Below are positions 38,810 through 48,641 of a DNA stretch of 64,000 nt, one piece after another; positions within the stretch are counted from its first letter, which is position 1, and every line of letters starts with the position of its first letter. A program made the translations under genes and the position numbers. This DNA comes from Promethearchaeota archaeon (lineage in GTDB: Archaea > Asgardarchaeota > Lokiarchaeia > Sigyniarchaeales > SOKP01). The notes below the pieces were generated by a model. The model saw nothing but the letters and a program-made list of their open reading frames with translations. It was not told where the DNA came from and did not search any database. The DNA is taken from contig JBHLLT010000002.1 in NCBI GenBank assembly GCA_048938855.1, positions 224,001 through 288,000 of the forward strand, read 5' to 3'.

Positions 38810-40717
38810 TTAAGAAAGATCGAATGCAAATATTGTAATTCCACTTTCGATTCTTTTTAATTTTAGCATGTATCCTGAACTATTAATAATATGAAGCATT
38901 GGAGTATTTTCGAGTAGAATTGATCCCGTAAATGTCTTATAATTAAGCTCTTTACCAATCTGTACTAAATATTTTAATAAAAATTTGGTTATACCTAATC
39001 CCCTCCAATCTTTATGAACAACAAATGCTAGTTCGGCTATAGATGGCTGGACTGTCTTAAAAAACGCACCTAGTGCAACAATTTTATCTTCTCCATTTTC
39101 ACTGTATTCTCCTACCAAAATCATATCTGTTGAGTAATCAATATTGACCATCGGTTGGATTTTTGTATGTCGAAAATCCTTAATTGGAGTAAAGAATCTC
39201 AAATATCTGTCTTGTTCATCTAATGAATAATGAAGTTCTTGAATCATTCTTTCATCAGTTGGTTTCACAGGGCGAACTTTTATCTTCTTTCCCTTTTGGA
39301 GTTTTAAAGAAGATTCATATTTTTCAGGATAGACACTTATCCTTCCATCTATAGATATTGGTAATTTTTGATCTGAATACACATATTTCCACTTTTTTGC
39401 ATGTTCTAACAGCTCTTCACGGAAGTCTGGATGTGCAATATTAATCATTTCAAGTACTCTTTCTCGAATATTTTTTCCATATAGATATGCGATTCCCCAT
39501 TCAGTTACAATATAATGGATATCTCCTCTAGTTATTACCACACCAGATCCGGGCTGGAGGAAAGGTACTATTCTAGAAACTATTGTTCCATCTTGTAAAG
39601 TTGCTGTAGATGGCAGTGTCATAATCGGCTTTCCTTCAATGGCTCTCCCCGCTCCTCTAACAAAATCAACTTGTCCACCAATACCACTATAAAATTGGTG
39701 CCCTAAGGAATCAGAATTTACTTGTCCTGTTAAATCAACACTTAAGGCTGCATTTATTGCAACTTGTTTTTTATTTTGGCTAATAATGTAAGGATCATTT
39801 GTATAATCACATGGATGAAATTCTACCATAGGATTATCATTAACAAAGTCGTATAACCTTTTAGATCCCATTACAAAAGAACAAATGATTTTATCTTTGT
39901 GAATAGACTTTTTCTTACATGTGATTACCCCCTCCTCAACAAGATCGACTATTCCATCAGAAAACACTTCACTATGAACGCCTAAGTCTCTTTTTCCCAC
40001 TAATTCTTTTGTAACTGCATTTGGAATTTGGCCAATTCCCATTTGGATTGTTGATTCATCTTCAATTAAAGAAGCTACAAATTTAGCTATTTTAGTAGAA
40101 ATCTCATCAAGTTCACCATAGGTGAATTCAATAATATCATGATTGCTTAAGATATAAGCATTGATATCATCCAAATGAATAAAGGAATCACCTAATGTAC
40201 GTGGCATATTTGGATTTATTTCTGCTACTACATATTCAGCAGACTCAGCAATTGGTTTAACTATGTCTACATTAATTCCATAACTACAAAACCCATATCG
40301 ATCTGGTGGACTCACTTGAATAAGGGCAGTGTCTAAATGTATTTTTCCAGATTTAAATAAATTTGGTATCTCTGAAAGGAGCATTGGAGTGTAATCTGCT
40401 TGACCGGTTTCCACATATTTCCGTAGTGATTTTCCAATAAAGAATGCATTATGTCTGAATAGATCTTCTATTCCGCCAGCAGTTTCATAATAATCTAAAT
40501 CACTAAGGCTCAGAAAATGTAGTATCTCAACATCAGGAAGTTTAATTCCAAGCTCGATTAACTTCTTAGTAAGATCAACGGGTTCTGAACAGCCAGAATC
40601 AATAAAAATGCGATTCCCTGGTTTTATATACTTTAATATAGCTTGATCTATAGACACTTGTTTTTTTTCATATCCTGCTAATAAACTTGAGATATCGTGA
40701 TTGGTGGTGTTTGGCAT
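38810..40717 (-). CDS. Acetyl-CoA hydrolase/CoA transferase fused to a C-terminal GNAT domain
   Basis: QMGIGQIP, GVHSE, SGIGGQVDFVRGA, VTEWG; GNAT AELAFVVHKDWRGLG. Confidence 0.92.
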   Translation of the reverse strand: MPNTTNHDISSLLAGYEKKQVSIDQAILKYIKPGNRIFIDSGCSEPVDLTKKLIELGIKLPDVEILHFLSLSDLDYYETAGGIEDLFRHNAFFIGKSLRKYVETGQADYTPMLLSEIPNLFKSGKIHLDTALIQVSPPDRYGFCSYGINVDIVKPIAESAEYVVAEINPNMPRTLGDSFIHLDDINAYILSNHDIIEFTYGELDEISTKIAKFVASLIEDESTIQMGIGQIPNAVTKELVGKRDLGVHSEVFSDGIVDLVEEGVITCKKKSIHKDKIICSFVMGSKRLYDFVNDNPMVEFHPCDYTNDPYIISQNKKQVAINAALSVDLTGQVNSDSLGHQFYSGIGGQVDFVRGAGRAIEGKPIMTLPSTATLQDGTIVSRIVPFLQPGSGVVITRGDIHYIVTEWGIAYLYGKNIRERVLEMINIAHPDFREELLEHAKKWKYVYSDQKLPISIDGRISVYPEKYESSLKLQKGKKIKVRPVKPTDERMIQELHYSLDEQDRYLRFFTPIKDFRHTKIQPMVNIDYSTDMILVGEYSENGEDKIVALGAFFKTVQPSIAELAFVVHKDWRGLGITKFLLKYLVQIGKELNYKTFTGSILLENTPMLHIINSSGYMLKLKRIESGITIFAFDLS

Positions 40718-41016
40718 CTAGATTATTTAATTTTTATGGGATTTTAAATGTAATTATAAGATATACTAATTAATATAGGCTCTAAAATTCTATAACATTT
40801 TAATTTTTTCTACCGCGTTGTTACACCTGCGTTTATCTTATTATTATACCATCTTCTTGTAAAAACATGTTAATTTCTTAATTTTCTCTTTTTAGAATGG
40901 CTATTCTATGATAGATAATCAATCATTTACTTTTTTAAAGTAAAATAATCAATAATAAATATTTGATTTCCTTCTAGAACTTATATTTTTATTAAAATCA
41001 ATTCCTAGAATTACCT

Positions 41017-41355
41017 ATGGCAAAAGATAAAGTCGACATTGAAGATCTAGAAGCGTTTATTAGTGGTTTAAAGCATTCTTTTGACACTTTACAAGAGATT
41101 GATCCAAATCAATCAAAAGGATTCCAAGCACAATTAGCAAAAGCAATATCAGATCTAAGATTAAAACGGGCTGCTCAAATTGAACCACTGCCAAAACAAA
41201 TTGGGCAATTATCTAAGGAAGATCTTAAGAATTTAATGCTAAAGGAGTTAGAATCTTTACAAAATGATTTAGAAACTTTTGAGTATAATTGGAGAAAAAA
41301 GTTTGAATTAGTAAAAAAGATTGCTCATGTGCGAGAGCAGGTAAATAATATGTAA
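41017..41355 (+). CDS. Hypothetical helical/coiled-coil protein
   Basis: 112-aa ORF with heptad pattern. Confidence 0.6.
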   Translation: MAKDKVDIEDLEAFISGLKHSFDTLQEIDPNQSKGFQAQLAKAISDLRLKRAAQIEPLPKQIGQLSKEDLKNLMLKELESLQNDLETFEYNWRKKFELVKKIAHVREQVNNM

Positions 41356-41402
41356 CTTTTTTCTTCCAACTATTTTTTACATGAAATTATAAGGTTTTAA
41401 GT

Positions 41403-42158
41403 ATGTTAATAGATATCCATTGTCATGCAAATCTTTATCTAGTTCTCGAAGAAATTGTAAATGAAGCAAAAAAAGCTGGAGTAGAAAAAATTATTTCTGT
41501 CGGGATGAGTTTTACAAGTTTGAAAAGAATATTAGAATTATCTGAAAGGTTTGAAATAATTTATCCTGCATTGGGGATCCATCCTGAGGAAGTAAGCATG
41601 AATAAAGAAATTAAAAACCAACTTGAGTCAGTAATAGATCTTATAAAAAAAAATGATGATAAAATTTGTGCTATAGGTGAAATTGGTTTAGATCATCATT
41701 TTGTTAAAGAAAAGGGATTGTATCCTCTTCAAAAAGAAATTTTTGAGGTAATGCTTGGTTTAGCTCAGGACCTAAATTTACCTGTAAATTTGCATACCAA
41801 AGGTGCAGAAAAATTAGTTTTTGAGATGCTTCCCTCTTATACTATTCCCAGCGTCAATATACATTGGTATTCTGGACCTGAAGAATTCCTAAATATAGGA
41901 ATAGATCGAGGTTACTACTTCTCAATTACACCCGCTATTAGTTATTCCCCTGCCGTGAAAAATACAGTTTTAAAAGTCGATAAAGAGTTTCTCCTCCTCG
42001 AAAGTGATGGTCCAGTAAAATATTCTGGAATCATTGGAACTCCTGCAATGATAAAAGATGTGTTAAGTTCGATTTCTAAATTAAAGGAAATTGATTCTAA
42101 AGAATTAGAAATGCAAATAGAGAGTAATACTAAAAAGATTTTTCCTAAGCTATTTTAA
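41403..42158 (+). CDS. tatD: TatD family DNase
   Basis: DIHCH, GIHP, IGEIGLD, LH, HW, ESDGP. Confidence 0.93.
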   Translation: MLIDIHCHANLYLVLEEIVNEAKKAGVEKIISVGMSFTSLKRILELSERFEIIYPALGIHPEEVSMNKEIKNQLESVIDLIKKNDDKICAIGEIGLDHHFVKEKGLYPLQKEIFEVMLGLAQDLNLPVNLHTKGAEKLVFEMLPSYTIPSVNIHWYSGPEEFLNIGIDRGYYFSITPAISYSPAVKNTVLKVDKEFLLLESDGPVKYSGIIGTPAMIKDVLSSISKLKEIDSKELEMQIESNTKKIFPKLF

Positions 42159-42177
42159 GCAATAATGAAGTAATTAT

Positions 42178-43182
42178 TTACTCTCTTTCCATAAAATTAA
42201 TAATTTCTTCAGGAAGTTCTTTTTTATTTTTCATACGGTTTAACATATCTTTTACTTCAGAGATAGAGTTTCCATAAATATGTAATGAGTTACTAAAATC
42301 TAAATAATGACCAATTTGGACGCCAAGTTGATCTGCAACGTATTTTTGAATTCTAATCATTCCATTTACATTAGCTTCCCAAGCTCTGAATAAATCTCTA
42401 CTTCTCCAAGTTGTTTGCATTATTAACTTATCCTCTTTAATACGCATATAAATCCTTTGTAAGCAAGGAGGATCTATATGAAAAGGATCAACTAATGGTC
42501 TCCATGTAATTGCTTGAGCTCTACGACTGTATGGTTTTTCTTGTAACTTTTCAATAATGTAATTGATTTGATTGATTCTCGGAAATTCAAAAAGACCCAT
42601 TGGAATTTCTTCCAAACCAATTTGTTCTGAAATTTCCTTATCTAAGTCTAATTCAAAACCACTCTTCAAATTCCAGATATTAGAATCACCTATACTTTTC
42701 ACTTTTTCAGCTTTTATTAATTTCTGATGTTTTTTCACAACTTCTTTATCAATAGTTTTGAGATCATAATTTTTATGAATTGTATCTTCAATAGAGTAAG
42801 GAGCATAATTATAAATTCTGTCATGATAAGAGTAGGGAAAGCTTACATCAGAGTCACTTAACAAATTATCGTTTATCCCCTCCATAATTTCTTCAATATA
42901 TCCACTCTGGATAGAGCCTATCAAGTAAGTGTCAGCCAAACATCCATAAACCTCATATGAATTACCAAATTTCGATCGAATTTTCATGATCTTATTGTTA
43001 CGCATAATAGGATTGCTCAAAGGTTCTGTGATTTCTATTAAAACAGTAGCATCTTTTGAAGGTGGGTCTTCTGGTCTATCATATTCAGTTTTTATATCAT
43101 CACCTAAGAATAAAACCTTTCCAACAGCAGAAAGCCAGGCATCTCCAATATTATTTTTAGAAATAAAAAAAACTTTAGCCAT
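42178..43182 (-). CDS. thyA: Thymidylate synthase (archaeal ThyA type) with an insertion
   Basis: YSYHDRI, SRRAQAITW, DPPCLQ, WRSRD..AN, SLHIY. Confidence 0.88.
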   Translation of the reverse strand: MAKVFFISKNNIGDAWLSAVGKVLFLGDDIKTEYDRPEDPPSKDATVLIEITEPLSNPIMRNNKIMKIRSKFGNSYEVYGCLADTYLIGSIQSGYIEEIMEGINDNLLSDSDVSFPYSYHDRIYNYAPYSIEDTIHKNYDLKTIDKEVVKKHQKLIKAEKVKSIGDSNIWNLKSGFELDLDKEISEQIGLEEIPMGLFEFPRINQINYIIEKLQEKPYSRRAQAITWRPLVDPFHIDPPCLQRIYMRIKEDKLIMQTTWRSRDLFRAWEANVNGMIRIQKYVADQLGVQIGHYLDFSNSLHIYGNSISEVKDMLNRMKNKKELPEEIINFMERE

Positions 43183-43243
43183 TTTTAAACAACTATAGAT
43201 ATAATTCAGTTTAGAATGATATTGATATTTAATAATTAAATTA

Positions 43244-43280
43244 TTAGAATTTTATTATTACAAATTTAATAAAATTCTAA
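43244..43280. promoter_or_regulatory. 14-bp perfect inverted repeat, candidate operator
   Basis: TTAGAATTTTATTA-n9-TAATAAAATTCTAA between divergent thyA and the small peptide gene. Confidence 0.45.
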
Positions 43281-43401
43281 AGAGTATAATAAATTATCAT
43301 TTAAGCTTTATACAAATATTTAAAAAAACCAAATTTTCATTATTTTATTAAGAAGAATATATTTTTTAAATCAAAGTATTGTAAAAAAGAGTGAAAGAAT
43401 T

Positions 43402-43572
43402 ATGGGTGGATTCGGCAAGAAACTCAAGAAGGGCTTCGCAAAAGTTGCTGGGGGGATTGTGGAAGATGTTACGGGATCAGAGGCAGCGGGAAAAGGTGTG
43501 AAAAAGGCTGTTAAAAAAGGCAGTGTAAAAAAAGGTGTCAAGAAAGCAATTGAAGAAGCACAAGATGATTAA
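43402..43572 (+). CDS. Small Lys/Gly-rich amphipathic protein (56 aa; absent from ORF track)
   Basis: MGGFGKKLKKGFAKVAGGIVEDVTGSEAAGKGVKKAVKKGSVKKGVKKAIEEAQDD; GC-richer than its flanks, followed by T tracts. Confidence 0.72.
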   Translation: MGGFGKKLKKGFAKVAGGIVEDVTGSEAAGKGVKKAVKKGSVKKGVKKAIEEAQDD

Positions 43573-43690
43573 AACCAAATTATTATTTAAAAACTTCTTT
43601 ATTCTTTTTATTTTTTATTAACATCAAATTTTTAATCATATAATACTTTTAAAATCATAATTCAATTCAATAGAAGGGTTTAATAAAAAA

Positions 43691-43981
43691 TTGAAGTTAA
43701 ATCTTGAATTTTCTCCACCATTTAATGAGGTAACTAAAAATATTAATGTAAGTTTTGAATTTGATAATGAATTGACTTTAAATAAATTAATAGAATTTTT
43801 TGGACAGAAGTTTGGAGACAAATTTTTAGATTTAGTTTGGGAAAATGGAGAGAAAGGAAAATTTAACAAACTTCTTTCAATTATTATTAATGGGAGAAGT
43901 TATCGGCATGATAATTTTTTGGAAACTAAGTTAAAAGATGGAGACCAAGTTGTCTTTATTTACATATATTTTGGTGGATAA
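43691..43981 (+). CDS. MoaD/ThiS/SAMP ubiquitin-like protein
   Basis: IIINGR..LETKLKDGDQV..FGG C-terminus. Confidence 0.9.
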   Translation: MKLNLEFSPPFNEVTKNINVSFEFDNELTLNKLIEFFGQKFGDKFLDLVWENGEKGKFNKLLSIIINGRSYRHDNFLETKLKDGDQVVFIYIYFGG

Positions 43982-44004
43982 AATTATCAAAAAGAATTAA
44001 TTTT

Positions 44005-45036
44005 TTAAAGTAAATATATTATCCACATAGCAATTCCTGTTAACAGAGGATTTAGAATATTATCAGAGATATTCTTGATATAAGCATCTATAAGCATAAA
44101 CACAATTGTTGCTGCAAAACTCATAAATATAATTCTTTCAATAGTTACTGGCATCCAAGGATAATAGAAAATCAAAATCAGGAATACTATTATAAATGTT
44201 GATAAACCTCCTGCAACAAGACCTTCCACAGTTTTTTTAGAATTAGTCCTGAGATGATGCTTACCAAATTTTTTTCCTATAATGCAAGCTACGCCATCTG
44301 AACCAGTAGTAATTAGGGCAACAGCAATAAATATAGGAAAGGGGGCAAAAATAAATGGTGAAAACGATAAAACTAGTGGTGTAGAAGCTATAAATGTATG
44401 TAATTCGCTCTGTTTCATATCTGAATACCACTTCCTTGCCCAGTTAGGCAGCATATAATATTTACTCAACCGAGTAAGGTCTGCTACTTGAAACATGAAG
44501 ACAAAGCCATAACCAATAGTAATTATTAACCAATATGAAAAACTATAATTATCTAAACCCCAATCAGTTAAAACTCCTAGATCATTCAGTATAATACCCA
44601 AAGTCCAGAAGATAAAAATCACTAGGAAGGTGAATAAATGTAGAAATTTTCTTCCTAATTCACTTTTTATGTCATCTACCCAATTCTTGTTAAATTCTTC
44701 ACAAAATTTATCATAATCTCTTTCTGCCATAATTTCAGGGTTTTTTTTTGAAATAATTGCATTATATATTAATACAAACGACCAAACAACCATTTCAATT
44801 ATAAAAAAAATAGAAGTCGTAGTCCATAAGAAATTTAAAGAATTTTGACTTAAACTAGGAGAATGAGATTGATACATGAAAGGAAACAAGATACCTGCTA
44901 TTAGAAATAGTAATGCAATCAAAATTTCATTTGTAAAAATGTGATTCTCTATCTTTATTTTTATATTTTTCAGCGTATAAATTAATGTTAAAACTGAATA
45001 TCCGATTAAAATTAGGATGGGAGCTATAAAGAACAT
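44005..45036 (-). CDS. CTP-dependent polyprenol/diacylglycerol kinase family (CTP_transf_1)
   Basis: ELGRKFLH, SDGVACIIGKKFG, KKTVEG, SDNI. Confidence 0.82.
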   Translation of the reverse strand: MFFIAPILILIGYSVLTLIYTLKNIKIKIENHIFTNEILIALLFLIAGILFPFMYQSHSPSLSQNSLNFLWTTTSIFFIIEMVVWSFVLIYNAIISKKNPEIMAERDYDKFCEEFNKNWVDDIKSELGRKFLHLFTFLVIFIFWTLGIILNDLGVLTDWGLDNYSFSYWLIITIGYGFVFMFQVADLTRLSKYYMLPNWARKWYSDMKQSELHTFIASTPLVLSFSPFIFAPFPIFIAVALITTGSDGVACIIGKKFGKHHLRTNSKKTVEGLVAGGLSTFIIVFLILIFYYPWMPVTIERIIFMSFAATIVFMLIDAYIKNISDNILNPLLTGIAMWIIYLL

Positions 45037-45040
45037 TGTT

Positions 45041-46144
45041 TCAAATCCAAAATATTATGATTGTATAATAATCTAAATTAAAAAAGAACCGTACAATTAG
45101 ATATATAAGACTAAAACTTATCGGTATTAATAAATTATCTGATATCTTAAATGGTTTAGCTGTGAAAATATCAATTAATAAAAATACCACAGTAAAAATT
45201 AACGACCAATAAAAACCAACAAATAAAAATCCAATAACTAATGTAATTAGTGTACCTGCAATCGTACCTTCCCAGGTCTTTTTTTGATTCCATTTAATAC
45301 GACTTTTTCCAAATCTTATCCCAATTTGACTCGTCATTAAATCACTAATTGAAGCAGTACCTAATATCATAAAATAAACCATAGGAGGACAGACGAAAGC
45401 AGCAAACATCTGCCCAATTGAGAAATATAAATATGTTCCATAATTTTGTTTCTCATATTCAGAAAGATAAATTTTGGTGAAAAATGTAAATGGAAAAGAA
45501 AATCTTTTGGATTTACGGGCAAATTCATTTGATAACATAAACATACTCATAATATAGAAAAAGAAAAATAGGATATAATAAAACCACCCTAATGAAAAAA
45601 GTACATTTTTAATTGAATATGGTTCGCTCCAAATTCTCAAATATAATAAAATCATATTATTCTCTTCTGGAATCATTCCTGTTGAGGATCCAGAAAATAT
45701 ATTAGCAATAACTAACCCGATATACCACACAAATAGAAGACCTAAAAATATTAAAACATGATTTATTTTCCTAAGAGTATCTTTCTTAGCTTTACTCCAG
45801 TTTTTTCTTTTTTCCTGTAATTTATTACTTAACTCTCCAAATACTCTTTGAAAATCCCCTTTTGTCAATTTTATAACTCCTGTGGAAATTAATACTAGAA
45901 TTCCCACAAGTAACATAGGAACTCCCAACATTAGCAACCATAGTGGAATGAAAAATGGTTGAAGAGATAGATCTAAATTCATAATTATTAGAAATAATAA
46001 TATATGGAAAAAAACGCATAATAATGATGTAAATCCAAATAAGTTATTCAAATAGTCTGGTTTATACGAAAAATGAATGTATAAATAAAGAATAAATGAA
46101 TAAGATAGGATTAATAAATATAAACAGACAGCAAAGAGCAACAT
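45041..46144 (-). CDS. CTP-dependent polyprenol/diacylglycerol kinase family (paralog)
   Basis: LRKINH, SDLMTSQIGIRFG, KKTWEG, SDNLLIP. Confidence 0.82.
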   Translation of the reverse strand: MLLFAVCLYLLILSYSFILYLYIHFSYKPDYLNNLFGFTSLLCVFFHILLFLIIMNLDLSLQPFFIPLWLLMLGVPMLLVGILVLISTGVIKLTKGDFQRVFGELSNKLQEKRKNWSKAKKDTLRKINHVLIFLGLLFVWYIGLVIANIFSGSSTGMIPEENNMILLYLRIWSEPYSIKNVLFSLGWFYYILFFFFYIMSMFMLSNEFARKSKRFSFPFTFFTKIYLSEYEKQNYGTYLYFSIGQMFAAFVCPPMVYFMILGTASISDLMTSQIGIRFGKSRIKWNQKKTWEGTIAGTLITLVIGFLFVGFYWSLIFTVVFLLIDIFTAKPFKISDNLLIPISFSLIYLIVRFFFNLDYYTIIIFWI

Positions 46145-46294
46145 TATTCTTAGTACTTATGTTTTGTTTATTATATATTTGTACTTTGAAATTAATTAAA
46201 TTTTTAATTTAGAAATTAATTGGATAAAAAAATTTACAAAAAAAATACTCTTATAGTAATTTAGTCTTCAATTGTAAAAAATCTGGAATAACAA

Positions 46295-46903
46295 ATGAAA
46301 AAAATCATTTTAGCCTCAAAATCAAATGATCGAAGTGAAATCCTTAAACGAGCGGGGATTCCATTTGAAGTATTTGTAACTCACGTGGAGGAACAGAAGT
46401 ATAAAAAAAAATATTCAAACCCTATAATACTCGTAAAAAAACTCGCAAAAGCGAAAGCAAATTTTGCAAGAAAAGAAGTTTCAAAGAAGAAACTTGACGC
46501 AATAATTATTGCTGCTGATACAATAGTTGTCCTTGATGGTGAAGTTATTGGTAAACCACAAAGTGAGGAAGAAGCATTTAAAATGTTAAAAAAGTTAATC
46601 GGACGGAATCATGAATTAATAACTGGAATAGCTATAACAGAAACAAATAACTCAAAGATAATTATTGATTCTGATGTTACTTATGTTCAATTTCTTAAAC
46701 TTTCTGACCAAGAAATTAGATCTTATATGAAGTTTAATGAATGGAGAGGACGAGCTGGAGCATACTCAATAAGAGATAAAGCAAGTTTGTTTATAGAGAA
46801 GATTGAAGGATCTTCGTCCAATGTAATTGGCTTTCCTATGCATAAATTGTTTGAAATATTAAAAGAAGATTTTAAACTAAATCTTTTGCAGTTAAAGCGA
46901 TAA
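46295..46903 (+). CDS. maf: Maf family nucleotide pyrophosphatase
   Basis: IILASKS, AADTIV, GKP, RAGAYSI, NVIGFP. Confidence 0.93.
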   Translation: MKKIILASKSNDRSEILKRAGIPFEVFVTHVEEQKYKKKYSNPIILVKKLAKAKANFARKEVSKKKLDAIIIAADTIVVLDGEVIGKPQSEEEAFKMLKKLIGRNHELITGIAITETNNSKIIIDSDVTYVQFLKLSDQEIRSYMKFNEWRGRAGAYSIRDKASLFIEKIEGSSSNVIGFPMHKLFEILKEDFKLNLLQLKR

Positions 46904-46932
46904 TAATAATAATCCTAAAGAGAAATTTCAGT

Positions 46933-47103
46933 TTAGATCTCTGAATATTTCTTCCACAACTTTAAATCTTCATAAAATTTTAAGATTCTTTCAAATTTGG
47001 AAATTAAATCGTTATAATAATCAAGATCTGCATACTTTTTTGTTGAAATTTCTTTTGCGAGATCAATACTATTTTTGTACCTTATGATTTTTTCTTCAAT
47101 CAC
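46933..47103 (-). CDS. Small hypothetical protein (56 aa; absent from ORF track)
   Basis: GTG start; MIEEKIIRYKNSIDLAKEISTKKYADLDYYNDLISKFERILKFYEDLKLWKKYSEI; fills the gap co-oriented with the DUF1028 gene. Confidence 0.55.
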   Translation of the reverse strand: MIEEKIIRYKNSIDLAKEISTKKYADLDYYNDLISKFERILKFYEDLKLWKKYSEI

Positions 47104-47180
47104 ATTTCTTTCTCAAACGTGATCCTATTTAAAACACAAAGATATCACCATAATATTAAATTAAAAAAAATTTGGTTATG

Positions 47181-48125
47181 CTACCGTAGGGATAATATTT
47201 TTTTCAAATCATTCTTATTTACATTTAGTAATTCTGAATGAGGAAGCCTTTCTGTAAGTGACCGCCAATTATTATCTTTTTTAAATATTTTTTTAAATAA
47301 TTTTAACGCTTCTTCCAACTTGTTTTGGTTAGCTAATGAAACTGCTGTCCAGTAAGTCATTTCAAGATTTTCTGGAAACATATTTTGTGCAGCATCATAT
47401 TCTTTAAGCGCTTTTGCCATATCGCCTTTTTCTATAGCGAGATCTCCATTATTCATATGTTCATATGCCCTAAATATAGTTAATAATCTGTTTAATTCTT
47501 TCAATGGATCAATATGATCCTCTACTCGGAGATCAATAATTGGATCCTCCCATTTATTTTCAGTAGGGTTACCAGCAACTATTAATAACGCAGCAGATTG
47601 CTTACCTCTTATATCTCCTCCGACAGACTCAGCTGCATCTAAGCATTTAATAATTCGCTCTGGCAATGGTAAAATTTTAAATTTTTCAAAAGCCTCCGCC
47701 ATCGCTGCCCATACTTTTTCAGAAAACATCATATTTGCTTGAACGGAAACATTATCACCAATTTTATGACCGGCATGCTTAATACATTTTGATCCCGTAT
47801 GAGTAGCCACACGACCTTGATAATCTAGTATTGCTAATTGTCTTACTTCTCTTCCTTCATCATCAGAAAGTAGTATATCTATTGCTTCTTGTGGTGATTT
47901 GCCCTGCTTTAACAGATCAAGCCCTCTTAAACCAAAAGATTTGTTAACTAATGATTGCGTTGCTACAACTCCTACTCCTGCTTCTCCCCATGAAACAACA
48001 CTCCCAACTGAAAACCAATGACTTTGGACACCAACCCCCATTTCTCCCGTCTTAGGATCTCTAGCAACTATAGAATAGGTATGTGTGAAAATGTTCTTTT
48101 TAGATTGATTACTCTTAAAAATCAT
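47181..48125 (-). CDS. DUF1028 (Ntn-hydrolase-like) protein with C-terminal TPR
   Basis: HTYSIVARD, GVVATQS, GGDIRGKQSAAL, DLRVEDH; TPR-like C-terminus. Confidence 0.9.
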   Translation of the reverse strand: MIFKSNQSKKNIFTHTYSIVARDPKTGEMGVGVQSHWFSVGSVVSWGEAGVGVVATQSLVNKSFGLRGLDLLKQGKSPQEAIDILLSDDEGREVRQLAILDYQGRVATHTGSKCIKHAGHKIGDNVSVQANMMFSEKVWAAMAEAFEKFKILPLPERIIKCLDAAESVGGDIRGKQSAALLIVAGNPTENKWEDPIIDLRVEDHIDPLKELNRLLTIFRAYEHMNNGDLAIEKGDMAKALKEYDAAQNMFPENLEMTYWTAVSLANQNKLEEALKLFKKIFKKDNNWRSLTERLPHSELLNVNKNDLKKILSLR

Positions 48126-48246
48126 AATTATTAGATTGGTTATATCGTAAATAAAGTTTTATTATTTATTTAGAAGGGAAAACATTAAATTCTTGTATAA
48201 TTTAGAAAATTAATAAAAATCAATATTTCAAATGAGATGATACAAA

Positions 48247-48576
48247 GTGACTAAGAAATATAAAAATGAAAATTTAATGAAATTTCTAACTGTTGTCGGG
48301 GGTTTAGTAGCTTTAGCCAGTCAAATATTTGCAATTGCTGGAATTCAATGGATAATTCCACATTATGTAGGATTCTATGATCTTATTTATGCTATTATCG
48401 GAATTGTTATTTCAGTTATCACAATTTATACTGCTATTAAACCTAATAATCCCTTTCCATTTCATTGGTTATTTCTATTTGTTTTAGGAATACTCCTTGT
48501 GATTTTTGCTGGGGGAATAATAGCTTGCGTACTTTTAGTTATTGCCGCTCTTATTGGATTAATTGAAGTATTATAG
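48247..48576 (+). CDS. Small 4-TM membrane protein
   Basis: Hydrophobic 109-aa ORF. Confidence 0.65.
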   Translation: MTKKYKNENLMKFLTVVGGLVALASQIFAIAGIQWIIPHYVGFYDLIYAIIGIVISVITIYTAIKPNNPFPFHWLFLFVLGILLVIFAGGIIACVLLVIAALIGLIEVL

Positions 48577-48641
48577 TAAAGATTTATAAAATTGTTTCTG
48601 GAAATAATTTAAAATCCTTTCTTTTTATTATATTTTAATGA

